Part shown: positions 40,330 through 52,560 of the stretch, one piece after another
Position numbering within the stretch: the stretch's first letter is position 1
Layout of the letters: each line of letters opens with the position of its first letter
DNA from: Octopus sinensis
Taxonomy: Eukaryota
Direction of reading: 5' to 3'
Length of the DNA stretch: 64,000 bases
Assembly (NCBI RefSeq): GCF_006345805.1
Contig: NC_042998.1
Location: forward strand, 62,744,001 to 62,808,000
Notes under the pieces: model-generated
What the model saw: the letters and a program-made list of their open reading frames with translations, nothing else
The model's database searches: none
What the model was told of the DNA's origin: nothing
Made by a program: the position numbers and the translations under genes

Positions 40330-42354
40330 AATAACAAGCAAGATGAGGACACCTATCCGTCCCTTGTAAACAATGATCCTTTGTTCCTTGTTATTACAGT
40401 TTTCCCTTAATATGTCTAAAAAATGAGCAGGAGGGGATAAACCGAACCTCCTCCTCAAAATATGGTAGCCGCATCGACAATTTGCGTTCATTGCATTCAC
40501 AGAAAGTAGAGACTATTTCAGAAAATATTAAGGGAGTAAATAAAATTCTTGCAAATTCTGTTTTAGAAATGTATTCTTTAGTTTCTATTAAATATAATAC
40601 CGTTCTTTACATTTCATTTTTTTATAATATGCCGTAAGTATTGACGTACAGTAAACAAGCTGCATATCTCCATGGAGTAGACTAGAGATATATTATGATC
40701 GTATCTTCGGTGATGATCGTAAAACAAAAGAAATTGAATGATTACCATCGTTATTGATCATTGATGTTTTTTTTCTATATTTTAGTGAATTGAGAACTGT
40801 GAAAGACTACGAAGGAAAGGAAAATAAAGACTAACAAGAATTCAGTAAGGTGGTTGTAGGGGGATCCCTGTTCAAAGGAATGTCTGACAGTATTTGGTAT
40901 TATTAAATTTCGCATCAATGTTACACCGATGCGTCATTAAAAAAATGAATTTGCTTCCATCCATCCATCCATCTACCACACATACATATGCATGTGTCCG
41001 TACATGTGTACACATTCCATTATATACCGTATAATTATATGTGTGTTTACATGCATGTCTACCGAACGTCAGCTCAGCTTCATTCATCAGAATTTTTGTC
41101 TCTGAAATTGATATTAGATTTTAATAACAAAATTTTACGCCATGTATTGCAGTCCTCGCTCGGCCAGCTGATGTCGAGATTTTTTTTGTAAATATCATGG
41201 TATTCATCTGCGATGATTTTAGATTTCAAATGGGTTCTCCAATAATATTAGTAACGTCATATTCTTAGGATATGCAGTTGAAGAGAGAAAGCTAAGCGTG
41301 GCTGTCTCAGTACAACGAAAAAGACAGAAACGAACATTTTAAATTTTAATAGTCATCGGCGCCGCACTGTCCTTAGTAAAGGATATAACAGAACGGCCAA
41401 GTTCTTTACGAGAAAGATAGAATCCGCAAATACGGTGTTCTTTAATGCTGTCATTAATGGTAATAATAAATAATTGATATAGTTCTGACTATCGACAGAG
41501 AATCCATATACTTTCCAACATAGCCATCTAACGGTAAGATGCTAATGTTTAATAAAATGGTAAATAAGGACAGAATAAAAGCAAATTGTTATCTATCGGG
41601 AAATGAAATCATTGTGTCACACTTTCTACTCTTCAGCTTTATACCTCATACACTCTGTCGCTCTTTGAGCACAAATCTTTTAAGCTTGCAAAGCTCGTTC
41701 TATGGTCTTCGACCACGATAGAACAGCATTGACAACGTGACTCTCCTTTCAATTCCATCACAATCTCTTTAGAGATGACTGAAAAGTGAATGAATTTCGT
41801 TATAGATTTTTAGAACGACATTTACACAGCTATAAGATGACTTTCAATTCACTTTGTAGATCGCCTATGGTTAATCATTATTTATTTACGGTATCTGGAC
41901 AGGTAGTTCCAGACAGTTAATGAAATCCAGTGTATTATATGCTCCAGCACTGCGAACTAATTAAATTGCACCAGAGTTAGTTTATGAAACGCAATTGATT
42001 TGACGTTCGTTGTAATAACACGTGTATTCGCCTGTTGAGATTAGAGATAACAGTTATGATAAATCCCCAAGTCTCTAATTTTACTTGGATACGTTGCTTA
42101 CTTAATGAAACTTTAAAATTCTCATAAACACTCTACCTGTTAGTTTGTCACTTGCAGATTTCGTATTCTTCCAATGCTTGTTTTTATCTAAAAATAACAG
42201 ACAGGATAAATATATAAAAAAAAGAGTAGAACTATACATACTTAGTTGTTCTGTTGCGGTAGGATCATTAAATACGAGTGGGAAAGTGACGAAGACATGA
42301 CACTTAAATCCAATTATTATCTTCTAAAATTAATGTCCAATAATCGCCTTAATT

Positions 42355-42485
42355 TGACACGAAGTTAGCAATTTTAAAGGGAGGGGAAAGTAGGTTACGT
42401 CGACCCTAGACAGCAACAGATACTTATTTCCTCGGCCCCGAAAGGATGAATAGCAAATTAGACCTCGGCAGAATTTGAACTTACC
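42355..42485 (-). mobile_element. Degenerate SINE family A fragment
   Basis: CCCCGAAAGGATGAA...GACCTCGGCAGAATTTGAAC. Confidence 0.7.
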
Positions 42486-43062
42486 CGGTCGTTTAGGACA
42501 TGGCTTTTCTGGTCACATTTATCTCTTCACACGGTGCTTCCTTTCTCTCTTTCACTCTCTCTCCCTTTCTTCCTCCCTCTTTCTTTTTCTCTCTCTCTTT
42601 CTTCCTTCCTTTGTTTCTTTCTCTCTTTCTCACACCCTTCCTCCCTCCTCCTCCGCGCTCTCTCTGTATAACGACCTGCATCTATATATATCGTTATATT
42701 TAAAGCCCCCTCTTCAGTAGCCTGATGTTCGTCATATCTAGCTAGTATTTTAGATAGCAGTACATGAGCATGTTGGTATTAAATAAATGTCATTGTTTCT
42801 GTTGGAATCTATGCAAAATATCTAACGTGGATATATATACACATATATCCAAAGTAAAACAAGGCAAACAGCAGTTAATACAAACACACACGCACACACA
42901 TACTTGTATAGAGTCTGTCGGTAAAAAAACAAACAAATCCCACATAAAGCTGTTTCCAGGATATTTATTATATCCCTTCTTCGGAGACGGTGTGAGAAAA
43001 TGGTTATGCACGTTGTGAGAAAATGGTTAAGCAATAGTATTACTTAACCATTTTTTCACACC

Positions 43063-43110
43063 GTCTCCGATGAAAGGATAAAATAAATATCCTGGAAACA
43101 GCTGTAAGAC
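43063..43110 (+). ncRNA. Minimal type I hammerhead motif (CCGAUGA variant) in a foldback 42948-43104
   Basis: GTCT-CCGATGA-A-AGGAT-loop-ATCCT-G-GAAACAGCTGTA|AGAC. An inverted, truncated partner lies on the minus strand at ~42947-43000. Confidence 0.75.
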
Positions 43111-43172
43111 CTATTTATAAATGTTCTAAAATCTTCACAGACTTGATTTTCTTTATCTCATTCTGAAATAAT

Positions 43173-43227
<55 letters not shown>

Positions 43228-43230
<3 letters not shown>

Positions 43231-43580
43231 CGAGCAAAACGCCCCCCGTCCAATGGACTATGCTGAGTTGTCAAACATTTAAACCAACTTTCTCAAAACA
43301 ACTTGTCCAACCGTCCCATAGGCCTCCCCTTTGTGAAACACCGATTTAGCCTAAATTTGAGACACCAGCAAAAGAAGAAATAAAGATACACTTTTTTTCT
43401 ATTCCAAGAAAAAACGATTTTACAAATGCATGTTCCCACCTGGAATCAATTTTTGTAATTTTTTCAAGACTTATACACGCTCTTATACCGTCAAATTTGA
43501 GTGCAATCGGGTGGAGGATGTTGGAGATCCTAGAAGACAAACAGACAGATAGACAGAACGGATTTTATATAATATAGATA
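43228..43580 (+). mobile_element. Second DINE-1/Helentron-associated-like element
   Basis: Ends with CAGACAGATAGACAGAACGGATTTTATATAATATAGAT, as in this class. Confidence 0.5.
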
Positions 43581-43584
43581 TAGC

Positions 43585-43915
43585 TTCTTAAAACCCGGAA
43601 AAAACATGACTGCAGAAACATATTGCCATGAAATTGCCAAAAACTGGTAATCCTCCATCCCAGACAAGTCAACAGAAGAGGGCCGATCATTCTTTATGAT
43701 ATTGCTCGACCACATGTTTCATTAATGACGCTCCTGAAGTTGAGTGAATTTGGCTATGAAGTTCTTCACCCAACTTTTCCTCCCGACCTTTCTCCCACCG
43801 ACTATCACTTTTTCAAGCATCTTGATGGTTTCCTGCATGAGAAAGAGTTCAAAAAATCAAACCGATGCTAAAATTGCTTTTAAAAAATTCATCATCTCCA
43901 GAATTCCAGAACTCT
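43585..43915 (+). mobile_element. Mariner (DD34D) transposase C-terminal fragment
   Basis: GPIILYDIARPHV..LKLSEFGYEVL..PDLSPTDYHFFKHLDGFL. Confidence 0.85.
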
Positions 43916-43934
43916 AGATTACAGGAGTAATGTG

Positions 43935-44086
43935 TCCGGATCCATTACATTTCACAAGGCCGCGAAGCGACCCGATAGTGGGGCCGAAGGTTTGAAAGGT
44001 GCCCTTTCCTGAAAGGTGCCCTTTCCTGAAAGGTGCCCTTTCAGGAGCTAGCCTGAACGCCGTCCGAAAGGCGCCTCCAAGGCTAG
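43935..44086 (+). mobile_element. Helitron-like 3' end with three 17-bp hairpin repeats
   Basis: TGAAAGGTGCCCTTTCC x3 (43993-44043), then a GC hairpin CGCC...GGCG and terminal CTAG (44083-44086) followed by T. Confidence 0.55.
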
Positions 44087-44159
44087 TGTGTATATATCAA
44101 CGGTTCTCCAGCATGCTCCACGGCTCTGGGCTGAAATGAGTAAGATTGAAAGTACACAC

Positions 44160-44200
<41 letters not shown>

Positions 44201-44592
44201 TACTTATGAAGGTATAAATATGTGCATGTGTGTGTGTTTGTGTGTTGTATATATGTGTGTGTGTGTGTGTGTGTGTATTATATAAAGTATATCTTTTTGC
44301 AACAAACTACGGGTAGTTTCATGATGCGAGGTAGATAAATGGCTTAGCTTAATTCGACCAGTCGCCATCTAACTCAGCAATCATCAGGCTTTCTTTGAAC
44401 GAAACTGATAATTGCTCAGTATGATGACGACTGCTTGATATGAGTCGAGCCAGATATCTTCCTCTCATCATGAAATTTAATGCAATTTGTTATAAATACA
44501 ATGATGTATATTAGCTATCATTAATTATCAAATAGTTTGGGTTGTTTTGTTTAGCTGAAGATATCAGAAATTGTAGAGTAGGCTATATCTAT

Positions 44593-44786
44593 AATCTTTT
44601 ACTTGTTTCAGTCATTTGACTGCGGTCATGCTGGAGCACTGCCTTTAGTCGCACAAATAGACCACGAGACGCTAAGGGGACGTAAACATAGCAAAGTCAG
44701 TTGTCAAGTGATGGTGGTGGGACAAACACAGACGCACAAATACATACATACATACATATAAATACATACATACATATATATATACA

Positions 44787-44829
<43 letters not shown>

Positions 44830-45565
44830 TATATATATATATGTATATGTATATAGATATACACACACTCACACACACACACACACATAGGCGCAGGTGA
44901 AGGCGCATGGCTCAGTGGTTAGAGCGTCGAGCTTACGATCGTGAGGTTGTGAGTTCGAATCTCGGACCGGGCTACGTGTTGTGGTCTTGAGCAAGAGACT
45001 TTATTTCACGTTGGTCCAGTTCACTCAGCTGTAGTAATGAGTTGCGACATCACAGGTACCAAGCTGTATCGGCCGTTGCCTTTCTCTTGGATAAGGCTGG
45101 TGGCGTGGAGAGGGGAGGCCGGTATGCATGAGCGACTGTTGGTCTTCCATAAACAACCTTGCCCGGACTTGTGGCTGGGAGGGTAACTTTCTAGGTTCAA
45201 TCCCACGGTCAGTCATGACTGAAGGGGGTTTTAGCATAGGCACAGGAGTAAAGCCATGTACTTATTCTATCGGTATTTTGCCAAACAGCTTTGTTACGAG
45301 GACGTAAGCAGAACACAGATTGTTAAGCGGTGGAAGGAGACAAACACAGACATAAAGGCACGCACGCACCCACCCACCCACACACACACACACATACACA
45401 CACACACACACGAAGGGTTTCTTTGAGTTTCCGTCTACCAAATCCACTCACAGTGCTTTGGACAGCCCAAGGCTATAATAGAACATATCCGCCCGAAGGG
45501 CCACGCAGTGGGACTGTATTCGGAACAATGTGGTTGGGAAACAAACTTCTTACCACACAGTCAAG
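44593..45565. mobile_element. SINE nest: family C tail (minus, 44593-44735), family E variant (plus, 44898-45234, TSD-flanked), family C (minus, ~45255-45565)
   Basis: A box TGGCTCAGTGG and B box GAGTTCGAATC at 44907-44960. Direct repeats CATAGGCRCAGG at 44886 and 45235. Confidence 0.85.
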
Positions 45566-45567
45566 CC

Positions 45568-45601
<34 letters not shown>

Positions 45602-46894
45602 TTATATGTGTATTACATGGATTTTATACAAACGCTTTTTCTGTACATTTCCCTTTATGCATCTAAGTATCCTCCTCTGTATTTATCTATTTAGTGAGAA
45701 TTTACAAAAAACAAAAGACGAAGACAGGTGTGTAAACAACAAACAGATGTATTAGTTTTAACGCTCGTGAAGTGAGATAGTCTTTTACACTTCGATCACA
45801 GGAACAGAGAAATAAACAGGGAGAGAAAATAGAAAGGGTTTGGTGGCTTGCAATCTATCAACTAAAGGGTGATTCAAAAGTCGCCATACAAAGGAACAAT
45901 TTATTTTTTCATAAGAAACACTTTATAAGACCAGTTTTTGAATACACATTGCAATACGTTTACCCCACTCCTTGTGAACTCGTAATAGCACATCTGGTGA
46001 TACGTGTGAAATGAGTCAGTGATGCATTCCTACAAATGATTTATGTCTTTTATCTTTCCGCTATTTACATGCCTTTCAAATGTCCCCAAAGATAGAAATC
46101 AAGAGAGGTCAGATCAGATGATCTTATAAATTATTTCTTATAAAAAAATTATTATTTCGTATATATGGAGAATTTTGAATCACTCTGTATTTATTTCATG
46201 GCTCTCTCACGATTTATCTAATATTGATACTCAACAAACCCAAATATATATTCACGATTATCAATGAAATAAGTTCATTCGTCATTCTCAGTGATTTTCA
46301 GCTGAGAATGATCATTTAGTATTGTTGTCAATGGAGGCCGTCTCTAGTTTCCTTGTATTCCCTATTTTAACTATAATTCTCATAACCAATTTGTGAGTAT
46401 AGCATGGTAAAACAGATATTTCATTTCCCTTTAAAAGTGAGAAGTAGAGCGTTATGAACACAACATTCAGTAGAGCAATGAAGTTAAACCTAGAAGTCGA
46501 CAGCTTAAGTAGCCGTTTCTGTTGCTAACATTTAGTAGACTTCACAAATATGAAAAGGATTAAACCACAAAAAATTGGGTTCTCGGGTGTGGTGAGGTGA
46601 GAAGTTCTGTGAACTGATTTTTGTTTTTTTAGTTTAGCCTGAAGAGGTCAGAATACGCTTACGGATTTTGCAGGCTCTCTGGGATTAATGGGGAAGGTTG
46701 GGATTTGCCAGGATTTGTGAGCTGTTGCATTAGGAAAGCTAAAAGTATCAAGAGTGTCAGGTAATGGTGCTAAACAGAATCATTGATTATATCTGCAGCC
46801 AGCAACCTTATAGCATCAGACGGGATAACTCGGTCTTCTTTTATTGAATTTCGTTCAAAAACCTTGAGCCGAAATAAGGTTGTAATCGTTTCAA

Positions 46895-48115
46895 ATTTTG
46901 GTTCTAGACCAGCAATTTAAAGGATGGGGTTTAATCGATTACCTCGATCTCAATAATTGATTGGTACATTTTTTGTATCGACTCCGAAAGGATGAAAGTC
47001 AAAGTTAACATCGGGGAGAGAAGAACACAGAACGCAAAGAACCAGTGGAAATGCCGCTAAGCACTTTGTCCAAAGCACTAACGACTCCGTCAGATTGCTA
47101 CTTTAAATTGAGATTATAATAGATATTTGATTAAGGTTTCTAGAAAGTACTCGAACCGGTAACTATGTGATAGTGAAACGACCGTCACATTTCAACCAGG
47201 GTGTACTTTTTCAGACATATGCTAAATATTTTCTACTCTAGGCACAAGGCCCAACATTTTTGGAGAGGGGGCCAGTCGATTAGATCGACCCCAGTACACA
47301 GCTGGTACTTAATTTATCGACCCCGAAAGGATAAAAGGCAAAGTCACCCTCGGCGGAATTTGGACTCTGAACGTAAAGGTATGCGAAATATCGCTAAGCA
47401 TTTCGCCCGGTGTGCTAACGTTTCTGCTAGATCGCCGCCATCCAGAAGCTTGATATTCTTTTCTGCTCAAGGAACACGGGCCGAAATATTTGGAGAGGGG
47501 TCCAGTCGATTAGATCGGCTCCGGTACGCAATTGGCACTTAATTTATCGACTTCGAAAGGATGAAAGGCAAAGTCAACCTCGGCGGATTTTGAACACTGA
47601 GCGTAGACACACTCAGTACTGCTAAGCATTTTGCCCGGCGTGCTAACGTTTCTGCCAGCTCCAACGCCTTAGAATACAATAAAACTATATCATATATTAT
47701 AGTAATTCTTTTGAATGTTTTCAACATATTGTCGATGGGCAATGGCGCTTAAAGCATATAGAACCAGAAAAAATGCCGTTAAGAAATTTGTACGACGCAC
47801 TAACAGTTCTGTGAGCTCGCCACCTTCAACTGAAGTACATTGAAACATTTCTTCCACTCAATTTCTCATGTAGAACTTCAGTCGAATCAAAGTTATAATG
47901 GTTTCAAATTTTAGCAGAGAACCAGCAGTTTTGGGAGCAGTGAGTAAGTCGATTACATCGAGCCTCAATGTTCAACTGATGCTTATTGTATCAATTCCGA
48001 AAGAACAAAAGGAAAAGTTGACCTCGGCGGAATTTCAACTCAGAACGTAAAGACCGACGAAATGCCGCAAAGCATTTTTCTCGGCGTGCTAATGATTCAA
48101 CGGCTGGCCGCCGTA
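46895..48115 (-). mobile_element. Four co-oriented SINE family A copies
   Basis: Cores at ~46990, ~47330, ~47560 and ~48010, all on the minus strand. Confidence 0.85.
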
Positions 48116-48859
48116 ATAGAAGTTATAAAAAAAAAGACACTTAATCAAGATGCTGTACAGCGGGATTGAACCAGAAACTATGTGATTGCGAAACGAACTT
48201 TTAAACGAGACTGACACGTCTGCGCCGTGCTGGTTTCAAGCAGGGTATACATCTTCACAAAGACAGTAAATGTTACAGTCACTCTTCTTTGTTTCCAAGG
48301 CATTGTCGATGCACCAGTATTGCTAGGTTAAATATTTCACATACAGATGTCAGTGAGAGATGAAGGAACGTATATAGTTGCACACTTAATAAGAAATCAA
48401 TCATTTATTTTAATATTCATGACTGGATCTGAAACTGAGCAGAAATAAAATGAAATACTCTCTTGAGATGAATTATTTAGGTCTGATCATTTCTGCCTCA
48501 ATGAACAGGCGCCAGAATCTAAATTAAGATTTCGATGTAAAAGAAAATGAAAGACACAGAATTAGAATAATAATTATTTCTTTTGACTAGATACCAATGC
48601 GGGATGAAAAGAAACGTTGGAGATTTGAACATGAGGTAATGTGGCACAGAATTATATGGTGCAATTCATCATGTTTGAAGCCTGAAGTACTTTCTCTGCA
48701 TTCTCTCCCAGCTCATTTAAACTAATAATCAAATAATCATACGAGATCCAATATTTAATCAAATGATAATTAAAATAACCTCATCTAGATATAATAATAA
48801 TAGTGAAACAGAAGTTTATACATATCACAGAATAACGTCATTCACTCATTCAAGATATA

Positions 48860-49137
48860 CAGTAATCCCTCGACTATCGCGGATGTTACGTTCTAACTTC
48901 CCCCATCCGCGATAGGTGAAAATCCGCGAAGTAGAAACAATACTGTATATATATTTTTTATTATTTTCATAATTTGAATATATTTATTTTATTATAAATG
49001 CTAAACAATACCACAGAGGAATCGACGTAAGCTTAATTAATAAACCGCAATAGGTGAAACGCGATAGGTGAACCGCGATAGGTGAACCACAATAGATGAA
49101 ACGCGATAAGTGAATCGCGTGTGGCGAGGGATTACTG
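48860..49137. mobile_element. Tigger/pogo-type MITE
   Basis: Perfect TIR CAGTAATCCCTCG/CGAGGGATTACTG with TA on both sides. Internal ~13-nt CGCGATAGGTGAA repeats. A partial inverted copy lies at 62870-63029. Confidence 0.9.
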
Positions 49138-49155
49138 TACAGTAAATATTGTAAA

Positions 49156-49430
49156 GGCGCGTGGCTTAGTAGTTTGGGCGTTCGGCTTACGATCGTAAGG
49201 TCACGAGTTCAGTTCCCGGCGACGCGTTGATACTTTATTTCTCGTTGTTTCAGTTCACTAAGCTGGCAAAAATGAGTAGTATCTGAAATTCAAAGGGCCA
49301 GTCTTGTCCCACTCTGTTTCACGCTGAATCTCCCTAAGAACTACGTTAAGGTTACACGTGTCTGTGGAGTACTCAGCCACTTGCACGTTAATTTCAAGAG
49401 CAGGCAGTTCCGTTCATGGGATCAAATGGC
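49156..49430 (+). mobile_element. SINE family E copy
   Basis: Homologous to 443-748. Confidence 0.85.
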
Positions 49431-49759
49431 TGAGACGACCAGGAACCAGCTACACTTAAACCTTTTTGTATTTTGTTATACGAGTTTACCTTCTACCCTA
49501 GAAGGAAGTTCTAACGAGACCTCTGGGTCCTTCATCAACAGTCGTTCACATGCTAGTTAGCCCTTAGCTGAACCCTAACAGGGACTACTACTCTGGGTTA
49601 GGGTAAACCGGGGAACGACAGTGGCCAAGAGATGGTGTCATACTGCTCATAACACAGGAACTCTTGTACCAGGACCACCACTACCGAATACAGTTTAAAA
49701 TCATATTCGGGCATATATACACACATTCATACATATATACTTATACGCACACACGCATA

Positions 49760-49767
49760 CATATATA

Positions 49768-49809
<42 letters not shown>

Positions 49810-49877
49810 ATAATATATATATATATATATTATATATATATATATATATACACATACATACATACATATATATATAT

Positions 49878-49932
<55 letters not shown>

Positions 49933-50027
49933 GTTTTGGTATCAAGAAGACCCAGTGTCCTAGAAATTTCATTCTCCTTTGGTTTTGCTGTCTATATATA
50001 TTTAATACACACACACACACACACACA

Positions 50028-50065
<38 letters not shown>

Positions 50066-50100
50066 TGCACACAGACACACACACACACACACGCACACAT
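49760..50100. repeat. (TA)n and (CA)n microsatellites
   Basis: Directly visible. Confidence 0.9.
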
Positions 50101-50717
50101 ATGTATATACTTTTATACGGTCGCAGATAAAGCTATGAATAGTAACGTGTAGAATGTTAGCTAAAAAATCTCCTTGGTTGGAAAAGCGCAGAGCACGTCT
50201 TTTATGTTACCAGATGTTGGTTCGTGTCTCATGAAGCCGTAGATATTTCTTTTCGTTATAATCCGAGGATTTTTTTTAAAACCCAATATTTACACTATAT
50301 TATGTATAGCTTTATCTACTACGAAGTTCACTGCAAAACATCATTCACTTCAATTCTTCCAAAGTTTCTATATTCCTATAATGTAAAGAAATAATTTCAT
50401 AGCGTATAAATAGAATTAAAAAAAAAACCTTTAAGTGAAAAAAGTCAAAGGCTGCATTCCACTTTGCCATCCGAGGGTTTGTTTTGATACCAATATCTAC
50501 ACGCTATAGCTTTATCTATCTTGCAGCTTTATCTGCTTCGAGTTCACTGCTAAAAAATACACTTTATTTTCATATCTATCGATTTTTAAAAAAATTCTCA
50601 TATCGTAAATAACATATAGTTTTATATTTTCTAACCAGCAAAAGATATGAAAGCAAGACTATTTAATATTAGGTTTTGTATCTCCTTTACATTCTTTCAA
50701 CAGTTCGTCATTACAGT

Positions 50718-50870
50718 TTCGTGGGTAAGAAGTTTGCTTCACAACCACATGGCTTCGGGTTCAGTCCCACTGCGTGGCACTTTGGGCAAGTGTCTTGTAC
50801 TATAGCCTCGGTTCGACCAAAGCCTTGTGAGTAGATTTGGTAGACGGAAACTGAAAGAAGCCCGTTGTAT
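50718..50870 (+). mobile_element. CORE-SINE family C head
   Basis: GGGTTCAGTCCCACTGCGTGGCACTTTGGGCAAGTGTCTT. Confidence 0.9.
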
Positions 50871-51115
50871 ATATGTGTGTGTGTGTGTGTGCGTGCGTGT
50901 GTGTATATTGTTTTATATTACAATATGCGCTTAGGGGACTCAATAGCGAGAGAATGGAAAATTTCCTGTGTACTGGCATTCCGTCGGTTACGACAACGAG
51001 GGTTCCAGTTTGCTGAAGATAGTAGAAATGGACTGAAACATGTACAGATTTTGAAAATTACTATTTTAAATCTCACAACGTGAGATATTCAGCAACAGTA
51101 CTTTGTAGTAAAGAA

Positions 51116-51333
51116 TGTTTGCCAACATAACATGGACGTCCCGGTTTAGGACGGATGTTGCTGTAATGTAGACCTAGGAGACATCGTCTCCAGCTGGCTA
51201 TACTACACGATCTGTGTTCGAAAATATAAGGACACAGATCGTGTCATATAGCCAGCTGGAGACGATGTCTCCTGGGGCTAAATTACAGCAACATTCGTTC
51301 TAAACTTAGACTGCCATGTTATGTTGGCAAACA
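51116..51333. mobile_element. Foldback element / MITE with ~100-bp arms
   Basis: Left arm TGTTTGCCAACATAACATGG...ACACGATCTGTGT is the near reverse complement of the right arm. The spacer is ~14 nt. Confidence 0.85.
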
Positions 51334-51717
51334 ATACTACAATGTACAAAGTTGTCCCTCGAAGATATTAAAAAAACGGAATATTTATGCTGCGTCTTGG
51401 GAGAACCATATTGTCTTAATTCCTTATTACCTAACACACTCACAGTTTCGATTCCCACTCATTATTCATATTTTTTCTTCCAAAATTTTCGTTACACTTG
51501 CAACATTATCAATCGATGTTGACTCTGTCAGTTATTGGAGCTGCGTTGTTTTTTGTCTGTTTGTGCGCATGTGTGTGCGTCAGTTTGCACGTGTGCCTGT
51601 GTATGCACATAGGTATGTATATATGTATGTATAACCGTTTTTATTTATCCCCAGACATAATTATTTCTAACTAACCATTTTTATGTTTACTTCATTAAAT
51701 TTATAAGAGCTATAATC

Positions 51718-51925
51718 CTTTCTACTCTAGGCTCGAAATATTGGGGGAGGGGGCCAGTCGATTATATCGACCCAGTACGCAACTGGTACTTAAATTATCG
51801 CCTCCAAAAGGATGAAAGGCAAAGTCAACCTCGGCGGAATTTGAACTCAGAACGTAAAGACAGACGAAATACCACTAAGCATTTTGCCCGGCGTGCTAAG
51901 GTTTCTGCCAGATCACCGCCTTTAT
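51718..51925 (-). mobile_element. SINE family A copy
   Basis: Family A core and tail. Confidence 0.85.
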
Positions 51926-52469
51926 AAGAGCTATAGTCAAAGGCGCTCAAGCCTCGGCCAGTTCACCTCCTTCATCTCGGTGAACTAGCCGAGGGATTAG
52001 GCTGCCGGTTACATCACATTGCATTATTCGTTCCACTCTTTCTTTCCCCTCTGAGTTCAAATGATGTCGAGGTTACTCCGAATTTCATTCTTTCAATGTC
52101 GATAAATAACGTATTAATCCGACGAGTAGCTCCACTCTCCCCTTTCTCTCCTCGCCTGTTTTTATCTCATTTTCGAGAACTGTTGCTGCAGTCAGACAAA
52201 GAGCAGGAAAGGCATCAACATTTTAAAATTGACATGTTGTATGTCTTGAAGGCCACCCTATGAAATCCGCGAGAGATGAGGGTCCCAATCAAGGCAACGT
52301 TCTAGTCATGTCGTTCTCTACTTTCACGTATTCAAACACGCTGTATGTACGACTACAAAATTATTGTGACCTTCATTTTCGAAGTATGTGAATCGCGGGA
52401 GATTTAGTTACTGTCTCTAGCCGCTCGGGAGACCACGCGAATATTCTGTCATTCATTTGTGATGTTGCT

Positions 52470-52521
52470 GTTGCCACTTCTCTTGATGTTGATGATGGGT
52501 ACAATGGTGATGATGGCGGTA

Positions 52522-52560
<39 letters not shown>

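Noticed and set aside
42947-43106. Tc1/mariner MITE with CAGCTG TIR and TA TSD
   Set aside because: The right-hand 'TA' is part of the hammerhead GUA site, and stem I continues beyond it (AGAC). It is better explained as an inverted ribozyme repeat.
44421-44452. Hammerhead-like ATGATGA-C-GACT...AGTC-GAGCC
   Set aside because: Stem II is good, but both core halves are mutated and there is no stem I. Too weak to count.
44901-44975. tRNA gene (also 443, 763, 16291, 49156, 58975-59050, 59745)
   Set aside because: A and B boxes are present, but each runs into a SINE body and lacks a proper acceptor stem. These are SINE heads.
49045-49115. CRISPR-like or iteron-like short repeats (also 43993-44043 and 5617-6675)
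   Set aside because: Eukaryotic context, no unique spacers and no cas genes. They are tandem repeats within mobile elements or a minisatellite.
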